Origin: an uncultured Candidatus Saccharibacteria bacterium
GTDB taxonomy: Bacteria > Patescibacteriota > Saccharimonadia > Saccharimonadales > Saccharimonadaceae
Assembly: GCA_947305655.1 (NCBI GenBank)
Contig: CAMZEA010000001.1
Coordinates: 62,211 to 126,210, forward strand
Length of the DNA: 64,000 nt
Reading direction: 5' to 3'
Shown here: piece by piece, positions 1-8,800 of the stretch
Position numbering within the stretch: position 1 is the first letter of the stretch
How the letters are laid out: every line of letters starts with the position of its first letter
Position numbers and translations under genes: made by a program
The notes under the pieces: model-generated
What the model was told of the DNA's origin: nothing
Database searches by the model: none
What the model saw: the letters and a program-made list of their open reading frames with translations, nothing else

Positions 1-1196
1 TTAGTGAATTTTTCATCGGAATCTTTAAAGGATTCGAGGCCTTGATCGACTTTGATGCCAGGGATAATGCCTTGGTCTTTGATAAATTCGACGAAGGTCT
101 TGCCGTCGTCGGCGGTTTGGCGTGCGGTTTCGTCGAAGAGGATAATACCGTTGACGTATTTAGAAAGATCCGGAGTTGTAAAGAAGATGTTCCGGTAATC
201 GCGACGATGCTGCTCGTCGTCTGGAATATTCATTGTTTCAAATTTTTTATGGATGCTGCCGCCAGATTCGTCTGCCGCTAGGATTCCTTTTCCTTCGGCG
301 AGGAGCTTTTTCGTGTTTTGCTCGATCTCGCTTGCTGCCTCTTCGGCTTTGTCGAAACGTTCGACGCGGTAGTAATCGTCGGCGATTTCGCGTTCGAGGT
401 TGGCAAGGTTTGTAGTGTTATTTAGGCTAGATTTCTCGACGTTTGCACGAGCTAGAAGTAGGGCCTCCCCGGAGTCTTTGCCGAGTGCTAGCGCACCGAA
501 AACGGATGCCGCAATCGTGAGTAGCGAAGATAGCTTCGTGAAGAGATCTTTCTTGTCGTTGAGACTCCAGAATACGCGTTGGCCATCGTACTCGATATAA
601 TTATCGCGGACGAGGATAAAGTTGTCTGGAGTATTCTTGAGCTCGCGATCGGAGATGACGAGATTCGCGCGCTTTAACAGCGGGATGATTTTTGCGATGT
701 CCTGTTCCCCGTCTTTGCTAATGACGAGGCAGAGGCGAGTCTCATTATTTAAGTCGAGATAGGCGCCGATTTCGCCGGCAAGGCGTTGGTTGATTACAGC
801 AGAAGCGTCGATGTAAATCCAATCAGGGCGTTTTGTCGGTGCGGACCATGTTGATTCGGTTGCTTCGCTTGGATTGAGATATACTGCGTTATCATCTTGG
901 CAAAGGATGTAGCGATAGGTTGTCTTCACGTCCTTTGCGATGAATTGGCCATCGAGGAATGTGGCTGGCGTGCCGGAAATGCTGGCATTGAGACCGAAGC
1001 GCGTAAGGACTTCGAGGCTGATACTGGCGCCGCCATAAACACTGACGCGGCGGAAGTATTCGTGTGTACTGCCATTAAAAGCTAAGTCTAGCCATTTGAC
1101 GTGGTGGCTGTCCTCTTCGAAATTATTGCTGCGGTTGTCGAGGCGAAGATAAACATCCTTCGTGACATTACCAATAATCAAGACATTGGGTTGCAT
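1..1196 (-). CDS. Partial CDS (C-terminus runs off the window): degenerate PfkB/ribokinase-like N-domain fused to class I fructose-bisphosphate aldolase
   Basis: Own translation from ATG at 1196: MQPNVLIIGNVTKDVYLRLD...YGGASISLEVLTRFGL (PfkB-like). It continues without stops into ...LAEGKGILAADESGGSIHKKF...GIILFDET...GIIPGIKVDQG (class I aldolase signature) and stays open to base 1. It is absent from the ORF track because no stop lies in the window. TGCTATAAT-N6-ATG lies upstream. Confidence 0.75.
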   Translation of the reverse strand, partial: MQPNVLIIGNVTKDVYLRLDNRSNNFEEDSHHVKWLDLAFNGSTHEYFRRVSVYGGASISLEVLTRFGLNASISGTPATFLDGQFIAKDVKTTYRYILCQDDNAVYLNPSEATESTWSAPTKRPDWIYIDASAVINQRLAGEIGAYLDLNNETRLCLVISKDGEQDIAKIIPLLKRANLVISDRELKNTPDNFILVRDNYIEYDGQRVFWSLNDKKDLFTKLSSLLTIAASVFGALALGKDSGEALLLARANVEKSSLNNTTNLANLEREIADDYYRVERFDKAEEAASEIEQNTKKLLAEGKGILAADESGGSIHKKFETMNIPDDEQHRRDYRNIFFTTPDLSKYVNGIILFDETARQTADDGKTFVEFIKDQGIIPGIKVDQGLESFKDSDEKFT

Positions 1197-1218
1197 GCCC
1201 TAATTATAGCATAAGCAC

Positions 1219-3648
1219 TTATAAATCGCCCCAGTCCTCGCCGATTTTTACATCGACGGCGAGCTTGACTGGTAGTTCTGGTGCAACTTGCTCCATTTTT
1301 TCTTGGAGGAGTTTGGCGACATTTTCGGCCTGGCCCTTGTCGCATTCAATAATTAGCGAATCGTGAACCTGGAGAATAAGTTTAGCGCCTTCTGGTAATG
1401 ACTTATCGACGGCGAGCATTGCGCGCTTCATGAGATCGGCTTCGGTGCCCTGGATTGGCATATTGGCGGCAGCGCGTTCGGCGGCGGCGCGGACGAGGAA
1501 GTTTGGTGCGTGAAGATCCGGCGTTGGGCGACGGCGGCCATAGAGCGTTTCGACGAAGCCCTCGGTGCGGCCCTTTTCGAGTTGTGCGTCGAGGAATTTG
1601 CGCATTGGCGCGCGGAGTTCAAAATAGCGCTCGATGAATTGCTTGGCTTCGTAGAAGCTCATGCCGGCGGCGTCAGAGAGGCCTTTCGGGCTCATGCCGT
1701 AAAGCACGCCGAAGTTGATAACCTTGGCGGCGCGGCGCTGTTGTTTCGTGACCTGGTCCATCGGGACATGGAAGGCGTCGCTCGCGGTCTTGGTGTGAAT
1801 ATCGAGGCCGGCGTTGAAGTCGTTAATTAATGCTTCGTCATGGCTGAGTGCGGCGGCGAGACGGAGCTCGAACTGCGCATAGTCTGCCGAAACGAAAACT
1901 TTACCTTCGTCAGCGACGAAACAGTTGCGGATGCGCTTTCCATCTTCGCTACGAACTGGGATATTCTGGAGATTTGGGTTAATGCTACTGAGGCGGCCGG
2001 TGGCGGTGACGTCCTGCGTATAAGTGGTGTGGATGCGATTATTCTCGTCAGCGAGAGCCGGGAGTGGCGTGACGTAGGTACTGAGTAACTTGCCGACTTC
2101 GCGATATCGTTCGAGCTTCGGAATGATTGGGTGGAGGTCGCGAAGTTTGTCGAGTTCTTTTGCGCCAGTTGAGTAGCCACGGGTAGTTTTCTTAATGCCC
2201 TGCGTTGGAAGACCGAGCTTATCGAAAAGGATTTCGGAGAGCTGGATTGGTGAGTTGATATTAAAATTCGTGCCGGCGAGTTGATGGATTTCGGTTTCGA
2301 GTTTTGCTAGTTCGTCTGAAAATTCTTTGTTTAGTGCGTCAAAGCGGCTATTGTCGATTTTGACGCCGGTTTCTTCCATTCTATAGAGGACTGGAATGAG
2401 TGGAAGATCGAAATCTTCGGCGATTTTCGTGAGTTCTGGCATGGCGGCAAGTTGGCGCTTCTGACGGACATAGTCGTCTTTGAGGTCCGTGGTCGGAACG
2501 AGCTCGAGTTGCTCTGCTTTGCGCGCGAGTGGGTCAAGAAGGAAGTCGATTTGGCCGAGGTCCCAATAAGGGCGACCGTTTTCGATTTCTTTTGCGAGCT
2601 CTGGGTTGTCGTGCATGTCGGATTTGACGTTTTGGCTCAAATAAAGGTTTTCCGGGATTTCGACTTCAATGTCGAGTGGCTCTGGGAGTGCGTATTTGCT
2701 AATTGTTGTATTTTTGACAACAGGCTTAGTGGAGACTTCTGGTGTTGTTGTTTTTGCAACATTCTGTTTGCTCGTCGGAAATAGCTTCTCGAACTTGCTA
2801 ACGAGGGTGCGGAACTGGTATTTCTTAAGTACCGCAAGGACATCGGCAGGATCGAAATCGTTGAGTTTTGCTTTTGCTGGGTCGAATTTGACTGGTGCAT
2901 CGAATTTGATTTCGGCGAGCTGCTTGGAGATATATGCGAGCTCTTTGCCATCCTTGAGCTTCTGGCCGGTTGCGCCAGGGATCTCGTCGACGTGAGCGTA
3001 GAGGTTATCAAGGTCGCCATAAGCCTGGAGAAGGCTAACTGCGCCCTTCTCACCAATTCCTGGTACGCCCGGGATATTATCAGACGAGTCACCTTTTAGT
3101 GATTTGAGGTCGAGGAATTGATTCTTCTTCAAGCCGTATTTTGCTTCGACGGCTTCGACGTCAAACTTCTGGACGTCACTAAAGCCGCGCTTCAATTGAT
3201 ACATATGAATGTCGTTATCGACGATTTGGAGCATATCGAGGTCGCCGGAAATAATCTCGACGCGGACGCCTTGAGCGTCGGCGCTATGAGCAAGCGTGCC
3301 GATTATATCATCAGCCTCATAATCGTCGAATTCATAGAGCGGGATATGGAAAGCTTCGAGGAGCTCCATGAGGAACGGAATCTGAGCATAGAAATCGTCT
3401 GGGGCTGGTTTGCGGTTGGCCTTGTAGTCGGCGTAAATGGCACGGCGGCTGCGAATATTGGTTTTTGGCTTGTCCCAGGCCACAGCGATATATTCTGGTT
3501 GGAGCTTTTCGATAATCTCGATAAGCATTGTGGCGAAGCCAAATACGCCACCTGTTGGCGTACCATCCGGAAGCGAGAGATGCCCCATCGCGTAGTAGCC
3601 GCGATAAAATACGCTTTTGCCGTCAATGATGGTGAGATTATCTTTCAT
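1219..3648 (-). CDS. polA: DNA polymerase I (5'-3' exonuclease plus family A polymerase domains)
   Basis: 809-aa ORF. N-terminal FEN-like region (DNIPGVPGIGEKGA). Pol A motifs DYAQFELRLAA, RRAAKVINFGVLYGMS, QVHDSLIIE. TGATATAAT-N6-ATG upstream. Confidence 0.95.
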   Translation of the reverse strand: MKDNLTIIDGKSVFYRGYYAMGHLSLPDGTPTGGVFGFATMLIEIIEKLQPEYIAVAWDKPKTNIRSRRAIYADYKANRKPAPDDFYAQIPFLMELLEAFHIPLYEFDDYEADDIIGTLAHSADAQGVRVEIISGDLDMLQIVDNDIHMYQLKRGFSDVQKFDVEAVEAKYGLKKNQFLDLKSLKGDSSDNIPGVPGIGEKGAVSLLQAYGDLDNLYAHVDEIPGATGQKLKDGKELAYISKQLAEIKFDAPVKFDPAKAKLNDFDPADVLAVLKKYQFRTLVSKFEKLFPTSKQNVAKTTTPEVSTKPVVKNTTISKYALPEPLDIEVEIPENLYLSQNVKSDMHDNPELAKEIENGRPYWDLGQIDFLLDPLARKAEQLELVPTTDLKDDYVRQKRQLAAMPELTKIAEDFDLPLIPVLYRMEETGVKIDNSRFDALNKEFSDELAKLETEIHQLAGTNFNINSPIQLSEILFDKLGLPTQGIKKTTRGYSTGAKELDKLRDLHPIIPKLERYREVGKLLSTYVTPLPALADENNRIHTTYTQDVTATGRLSSINPNLQNIPVRSEDGKRIRNCFVADEGKVFVSADYAQFELRLAAALSHDEALINDFNAGLDIHTKTASDAFHVPMDQVTKQQRRAAKVINFGVLYGMSPKGLSDAAGMSFYEAKQFIERYFELRAPMRKFLDAQLEKGRTEGFVETLYGRRRPTPDLHAPNFLVRAAAERAAANMPIQGTEADLMKRAMLAVDKSLPEGAKLILQVHDSLIIECDKGQAENVAKLLQEKMEQVAPELPVKLAVDVKIGEDWGDL

Positions 3649-3664
3649 ATCTCTATTATATCAC

Positions 3665-3692
3665 TTGACTTTTTAGGCGTTTGATATATAAT
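3665..3692 (+). promoter_or_regulatory. Sigma70-like promoter, TTGACT-N16-TATAAT, facing away from polA
   Basis: TTGACT at 3665-3670 and TATAAT at 3687-3692. It sits back to back with the polA -10 box on the other strand. Confidence 0.5.
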
Positions 3693-3698
3693 TAGCAT

Positions 3699-3892
3699 TG
3701 CCCTCTTCAAGGGGCAGCATTCATTTCAATTTTCGGAGCGCACGGCAACGCAACAATCTATTTTCAGTCGTGTAATCAGTCAATAATCGTTGCCGTGCGC
3801 TTCTAATAAAAAATAGTATGCTTAGTGGTCGGGGCTTATGCCTCGAAGTTCTTTGGATTATATAAGTGCCGCCATGCGGCACTTCTCTTTTT
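3699..3892 (+). ncRNA. Candidate structured small RNA of about 190 nt, family unknown
   Basis: Promoter at 3665-3692. 16-bp stem pairing 3735-3750 with 3788-3803. Smaller hairpins at about 3702-3716 and 3828-3846. Plus-strand intrinsic terminator AAGTGCCGC-cat-GCGGCACTT plus CTCTTTTT at 3864-3892. No credible ORF. Both flanking genes are on the minus strand. Confidence 0.35.
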
Positions 3893-3893
3893 C

Positions 3894-5123
3894 CTAAAAA
3901 CCGTGATCGAAATAACGCGTAGAGCCAAATGGGATTTTGCATTTTACCTGTTCGGTGCCGAGTGTATCGGCGCAGTGAATTTTGCGGGCGCCAAAACGGT
4001 GATTAATAGCGTCGGTGGCGGCACAGACGGCGGCTTCGTCGTCTTTTTTGTTTTGGTCGAAAGATAGTTGAGGGGTTGGGCTGGTTTGGAGCTTATAAAG
4101 CGTGATGCCGGCGATGCGAACGGGGTTTGGTAGCTCGCGGAAAAGCCGGCGTGCGACCGTGGCGATAGCGTGGTCGGTATTGATTGCTTCTTTTAGGATG
4201 ATTTGGCGATGATAATGGATATCGTCGAGGCCAAAAACCCAGAGATAGACGCCGCGCGCGTAGAGCTCTTTGCTGCGCAGGCGGTAGCCGGCATCTTCGG
4301 CGAGGTGCACGATGCGCGCCTCGGTTTCTTTGCGGGTTAGAGTTTTGCTATCCATGACGTATTGGCGACCGACGGTTTTGATATCGCTAGCGTAGTCGTC
4401 GACTTCGATGCCGCGGAGGCGTAGATACCATTTGTGCCCGTCGATGCTCTTGCAGACGAGTTTTACGAGCGTCATTTCGTCGGCGTCAAGGAATTGGAGT
4501 GGCGTAAAAATTCCAACCGCGTTGAGACGAGCCTCCATGCGGACGTTAATGCCTGGTAAGTCGGTGAGTTTTAGCCCGGCAAAAATTTTGCGTTGGTTGT
4601 CTGATGTAATCTCGTCGAGACCGTCGGGTTTGTGAAGCTCGCCGGCGAGTTTGGCAAGGAAACGATTGCTCGCGATGCCGACATTGCAACGCATATGGCA
4701 GCCAATTTCGGATTTTAGGCGCTGTTTAATTTCGAGTCCGAGCTCGCGGCGGTCGCGGGCGTAAATATGAGCGGGCGCTTGCGTTAAATCAATGACACCT
4801 TCGTCGATTGACTTCATTGTGACGGCGGGCGAATAATCTGACATAATGCGGCGAAGCTTTTGGTGCACGAAAATGTATTTGTCGGGTTCAGTTTCGGCAT
4901 AAATGAGTTCTGGGCAGAGCGCGGAGGCTTCTCGCGTACGCATGCCGACCTTTACGCCGCGCGCTTTTGCCTCGTAGCTTGCGGCGATGATGCAAGAATT
5001 TGGCACAAGGCGATTTGTAATGGCGACGGGTCGACCGCGTAACATTGGCCGGCTTTGTTGCTCGATGGTGGCGAAGCAGGAATTGAGATCAATGTAGAGC
5101 GTGTCGTTCTTTAACTCAGACAT
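3894..5123 (-). CDS. Y-family (UmuC/DinB-like) translesion DNA polymerase
   Basis: LYIDLNSCFATIEQ and SIDEGVIDL palm motifs. UmuC-type C-terminus ...DAINHRFGARKI.... Start set at the internal ATG 5123 (MSELKNDTLYIDL), which overlaps the stop of the upstream ORF (ATGTCTGA). The longer track ORF to 5207 would overlap that gene. Confidence 0.9.
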   Translation of the reverse strand: MSELKNDTLYIDLNSCFATIEQQSRPMLRGRPVAITNRLVPNSCIIAASYEAKARGVKVGMRTREASALCPELIYAETEPDKYIFVHQKLRRIMSDYSPAVTMKSIDEGVIDLTQAPAHIYARDRRELGLEIKQRLKSEIGCHMRCNVGIASNRFLAKLAGELHKPDGLDEITSDNQRKIFAGLKLTDLPGINVRMEARLNAVGIFTPLQFLDADEMTLVKLVCKSIDGHKWYLRLRGIEVDDYASDIKTVGRQYVMDSKTLTRKETEARIVHLAEDAGYRLRSKELYARGVYLWVFGLDDIHYHRQIILKEAINTDHAIATVARRLFRELPNPVRIAGITLYKLQTSPTPQLSFDQNKKDDEAAVCAATDAINHRFGARKIHCADTLGTEQVKCKIPFGSTRYFDHGF

Positions 5124-5397
5124 ATTGGTCTCCTTCAAATTCGAGATACCAGCAGAGCGATTCGCTGTCGAGTGCGATGCGGTAGTCGGTGGAGCCGTCC
5201 GTGACATCGAAGGCGAAGATGGTTTTTAGTCCGTCGTAGCGTGGGTGGACGAGGCCGATTTCGCTAATCTGAACTTCTCTGCCGGTGCCGAGGCGGAACG
5301 CGATTGGTCGGCAGTGACCGAGGATGCCGCGCGAAAAAGTCGCGTCGACGTCGATTGGTTCGTGAAGTGGGTTTTGATAAGAGTTAGATTGATCCAT
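5116..5397 (-). CDS. 93-aa conserved hypothetical protein, translationally coupled to the Y-family polymerase; paralog of 30486..30746
   Basis: 8-nt start/stop overlap with the polymerase gene. Shares C-x-P-[IL]-x-F-R ... I-[ST]-E ... F-x3-V ... L-x2-D-S-x-S-L-x-W-x-L with the 86-aa ORF at 30486..30746. Confidence 0.75.
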   Translation of the reverse strand: MDQSNSYQNPLHEPIDVDATFSRGILGHCRPIAFRLGTGREVQISEIGLVHPRYDGLKTIFAFDVTDGSTDYRIALDSESLCWYLEFEGDQYV

Positions 5398-5460
5398 AAA
5401 AATCCTTTTGACGGTTAATAATAGGGGTGGTGACGCAATATTGGCGTCGGAAATTTATGA

Positions 5461-5490
5461 ATCAAAGCCAGTGACCGAAGTGTAGCTTGA
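5461..5490 (-). promoter_or_regulatory. 5'-terminal mRNA hairpin with UUCG loop (copy A), directly after a TGCTAAAAT -10 box (5498-5506)
   Basis: mRNA sense ATCAAGC-tac-ACTTCGGT-cactg-GCTTTGAT. The 13-nt core ACTTCGGTCACTG is identical to copy B at 30856-30883. Confidence 0.45.
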
Positions 5491-5507
5491 TAGTATTATT
5501 TTAGCAT

Positions 5508-5541
5508 AAAAAACACGGTTGTCGTAATGAAACGGCAACCG
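5508..5541 (-). terminator. Intrinsic terminator downstream of the small ORF 5561..5773
   Basis: Minus-sense CGGTTGCCG-tttcatta-CGACAACCG followed by TGTTTTTT. Confidence 0.6.
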
Positions 5542-5560
5542 CGCGCTAAAGGCTAGAAGA

Positions 5561-5773
5561 TTACTGCATACCGAGTCTGCTGCGAACGTCGTCGGGGAGA
5601 CGGCCCGAAGTTGATTCGATTTTGGACAACGTAGAGTAGTCGAGCCTTACGTCCTGGTTGTTTCTAGCAGCCATAATGATGTCTCTTCTGCATTCATCAT
5701 AGCCGGACTGAGTCGCAATATAGCCTTTGCTACCAGTAGAAGTACTGAGGGTGAAATCTGACACACATACCAC
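5561..5773 (-). CDS. Small hypothetical protein (67-70 aa, start uncertain)
   Basis: ORF with AAAGGAGG upstream. The track start GTG 5773 abuts the SD, so GTG at 5764 (8-nt spacing) is more plausible. It has its own terminator at 5508-5541. No recognisable motif. Confidence 0.45.
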   Translation of the reverse strand: MVCVSDFTLSTSTGSKGYIATQSGYDECRRDIIMAARNNQDVRLDYSTLSKIESTSGRLPDDVRSRLGMQ

Positions 5774-5873
5774 CTCCTTTCATGATAGGATGTGTCAAAA
5801 TGTATCACCTGGAAGGTGCATTAAACAAGTAACACTCGAATTATACAATTTTTGATAAAAAATGTCAATAGTT

Positions 5874-8800
5874 TTAGGCGAGCAAAGTATCGATGAAGGC
5901 TTTGGTGGTCGTGCCCTCTTCGAGCTCTGGGAAGTCGAGGTCCTTGATGCGTTGATAGACGACCGCGATGAGCTTCTTAACCTGCTCTGCTTCGTTGTCG
6001 TCAAACTCGAGTTCGAGCGAATGATAGAAGCCGGAATTATCTGGCGAAATGAAGTCGATGCGGCCTTTTGTGACTCGGAAACCGGCATAATCGCGACTGT
6101 TTTCAATGAGGAACTTGTAGAAATAGAGCTGAATCTTATAGTTGAGCGTGCCGTCACTATCGCTCCACTTGAATTTCGGCTTGCTTGTCTTGAAATCGGA
6201 AACGGTAATCGTTTTCGATTTGTCGTCGATTTCGATACGATCGATTTTGCCGCCGATGAGCGTGTTGCCGAGAAGGATGTTCTCGGTAAAGAAGCTGCGC
6301 TCAGAATCGGTGCGGATGTCGCGAAGCTTGGCGCCAAAGGCTTTGAGGAAGCCTGGAAGCTCGGCGTCGCCGCGGTCGCGGAGATCGCGTTTGGCGTCGT
6401 CGGTAGTATCGGCTTTGTCAACGAGCTCATTGAAGAGCTTGATGGCGTCTTCGTCGGAGAGCTGCTCTTTGTTGAGCTGGTCCATAACTTCGTGAATGCA
6501 GTTACCGTAGTCGATATTGAAGTTGCTCTCGCCGCGGATGCCGATGATGTAGCTAATAAAGAAGCTGAGCGGTCCGGCGTATTTGGCATCAATATAAGTG
6601 TTGAGCTGGGTTGGGAAGAGGCGGAAATGCTCGACTTTTGGCTGGTAGAGATTTTTGCGAACCTCGTCGCTCGGGACGTATTTATCGAACCAATAGTCTG
6701 GCGTGAGATACTTTGGCTCAAGCTCGTCGGAACTGCTTGGAATGATATCGCTGAATGGTGCTGGAATGGCTCGGCTAGTAATCTTATTGTCGGCTTCGAC
6801 GGCGTCGAGGAAGCGGAGGCGATCATGCTCTTTGTCGTTGAAGTCGGAAAGGCTATAAGTCATATATAGCTCGGCGCGGGCGCGGGTGATGGCGACGAAG
6901 AAGACGCGAAGTTTTTCGTCAATAGAATCGCCGGTGTGGCGGACATATTCGAGGTTGCGTGGGAGAGCGAGGCGGTCATTGTTACCCTTCGAGGTGCCCC
7001 AGTTATCGTTGTCGACGGCGATCATGAAGACGTAATCATACTCGAGGCCCTTGGCGGAGTGGACGGTCTGGACGACGACGGCATCTTCGGCCTCGTGATA
7101 TGGCGAACGGTCGAGGATTTGAATATCGGCGGCGCGGTAAGCATCGAGGCGAGCGATGAATTCAGCAAGTTTTTCTTTGTGGTTTTCGCTTTTTGAAACG
7201 GCGGTGCGGAGCGTATTGAGGTTACTATAAAAATCGTAGTCCATATAGTCCGGATAGAACTTGGTTGCAAGCGTGTCGATGAAATAATCGGCTGGGTGCG
7301 TGGTGGTTTTTGCGGCAAGTTCGACGCAGAAATTTGCTGCGGCCTTGATATGCTCTGGACGCTCTTCTTTTAGCATCTCTTCGATGATGGCGCGGTGATT
7401 GTGGTGCGCGTCGCCGATGAGGCCGAGCATCTCTGCCGGGCTAATGCCGAAGCAATCGAGTGAGAAAATATGGAAGGCGAATTCGTCGGTATATTGCGGG
7501 TTGGCGGCGAGTTTCAGTAGGAACTTGCTAGCCTCAATAATCGTGTCGATTTTTGGGCTATCTAGGATGTTTTCGCGCTTTTCGTAGGACACGAGAATAT
7601 CTAGGCTATGAAGATACGGCAGGATGGATGCGAGCTGTTTGTGCTTCGGCGCGATGATGGCGATTTTGTTGCCTTTCACGCCGCTATCGAGGAGTGCCTT
7701 GATGCGCTTGGCGACAGACGAATATTCGGCTTGGTAGCTCTTGAATTCTTCGTAAGAAATATGAGTTCTTGCTGGCGGGTTTTCGGCAGTAATGCGCTTG
7801 TCGATGTTGACGTTTGGCGCTTTGCAGAAGCGATCTTCGCCCTGCTCGATGACGTTATGCGCGAGTTCGAGAATAGCGGCGCTGCTGCGGTAGTTTTTGC
7901 TCAGCAAAATATGCTTTGGATGATATTTTTCGTTGAATTCGAAGAAGTTCGAAGTGTTGGCGCCCTGGAAGCCATATATTGCCTGGTCATCGTCGCCGAC
8001 CGCCATGATATTTGGATTACCTTCGTTGGCCGGATTATCGGTCAGAAGTGCGACGAGCTGGGCTTGCGCGTCATTCGTGTCCTGGTACTCGTCGAGGAGG
8101 ATGTATTGGAAACGTTCTTGGGCGTTATAGCGTTTTTCGTCATCTTCTTTTAGGAGCTTAATCGCCATAAGGATCATGTCGTCATAGTCGTAGAGGCCTT
8201 TTTCTTCGAGGGCTTTGCTGTAATGGCGAAGAATGAATGCGAGGTCGGCGAGCTTCAAGGTTGCGGCGATGTCTTTGAAAATATAGTTGTTGTCGCCGTC
8301 TTTTTCGAAGTATTTTTTGCGCCATTCGCGAAGCGGCGTAGCAATACTCGCATCTTCGTCGCGCTCGAGCAGGATTTGCGCGAGCGAGCGATAATAAATA
8401 TTTGCGATTGGTTCGACGCGGTCGGTAATATAATTGCCGCTTTCGTCGACGAAATCTTTGATTTTTTCGAGAATGCTTTCATAGGCCGGGAGATTTTTCG
8501 GATATTTTTCGCTAGTGGCGACGAGGTCATCCTTGATAGCTTCGAGAATTGCTTCGTTGTCGGCTTCGTTTCGTGCGATGATTTTTGCAATATCGTCTGC
8601 GTCGAGCGCGGCGGCCTTGAGGCTGCTAATTGCGCTAATAATATCTTTGGTTGCCCAGTCGCCGCGAAGTGGCGATGTGATTTTGAGCTGGGATTGGATT
8701 TCGCGAATCATAGCGAAGCGGTCGAGTTCGTCGATGCTGTTCTGAAGGTCTGGACGATGTTCCTGGAGCAAATATGAGCCGAATGAATGGTAAGTATGAA

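Noticed and set aside
3118-3684. 188-aa plus-strand ORF antisense to polA. Similar antisense ORFs lie at 35955..36605, 49359..50000, 23066..23779, 22025..22552, 14131..14568 and 58370..58894.
   Set aside because: All lie wholly inside confidently assigned genes on the other strand. They lack promoter or SD signals and have skewed composition typical of antisense frames.
3699-3892. Assignment of the candidate RNA to 6S, SRP (4.5S), RNase P or tmRNA
   Set aside because: The ends do not pair into a 6S-like closing stem. No GGAA-tetraloop or AGCAGCC SRP motif is present, nor the GAGGAAAGUCC P4 motif or a tRNA-like/tag-ORF arrangement. It is left unclassified.
5124-5207. N-terminal 28-codon extension of the Y-family polymerase ORF. 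Analogous long-ORF extensions exist at 9060-9221, 16032-16100, 20439-20537, 25735-25782, 34562-34579, 37091-37147, 40917-40949, 43654-43671, 46743-46787 and 52825-52878.
   Set aside because: The extensions overlap upstream genes, tRNAs or promoters and encode non-conserved low-complexity residues. Downstream starts have SD or TATAAT-N6/7 geometry and begin at the conserved family N-termini.
5795-6869. Two long ORFs (343 aa on the minus strand, 335 aa on the plus strand) inside the helicase-nuclease gene
   Set aside because: They are shadow frames of a gene with a full set of SF1 helicase and nuclease motifs. Their products are low-complexity (S/T/A-rich or E/V/A-rich) and have no start signals.
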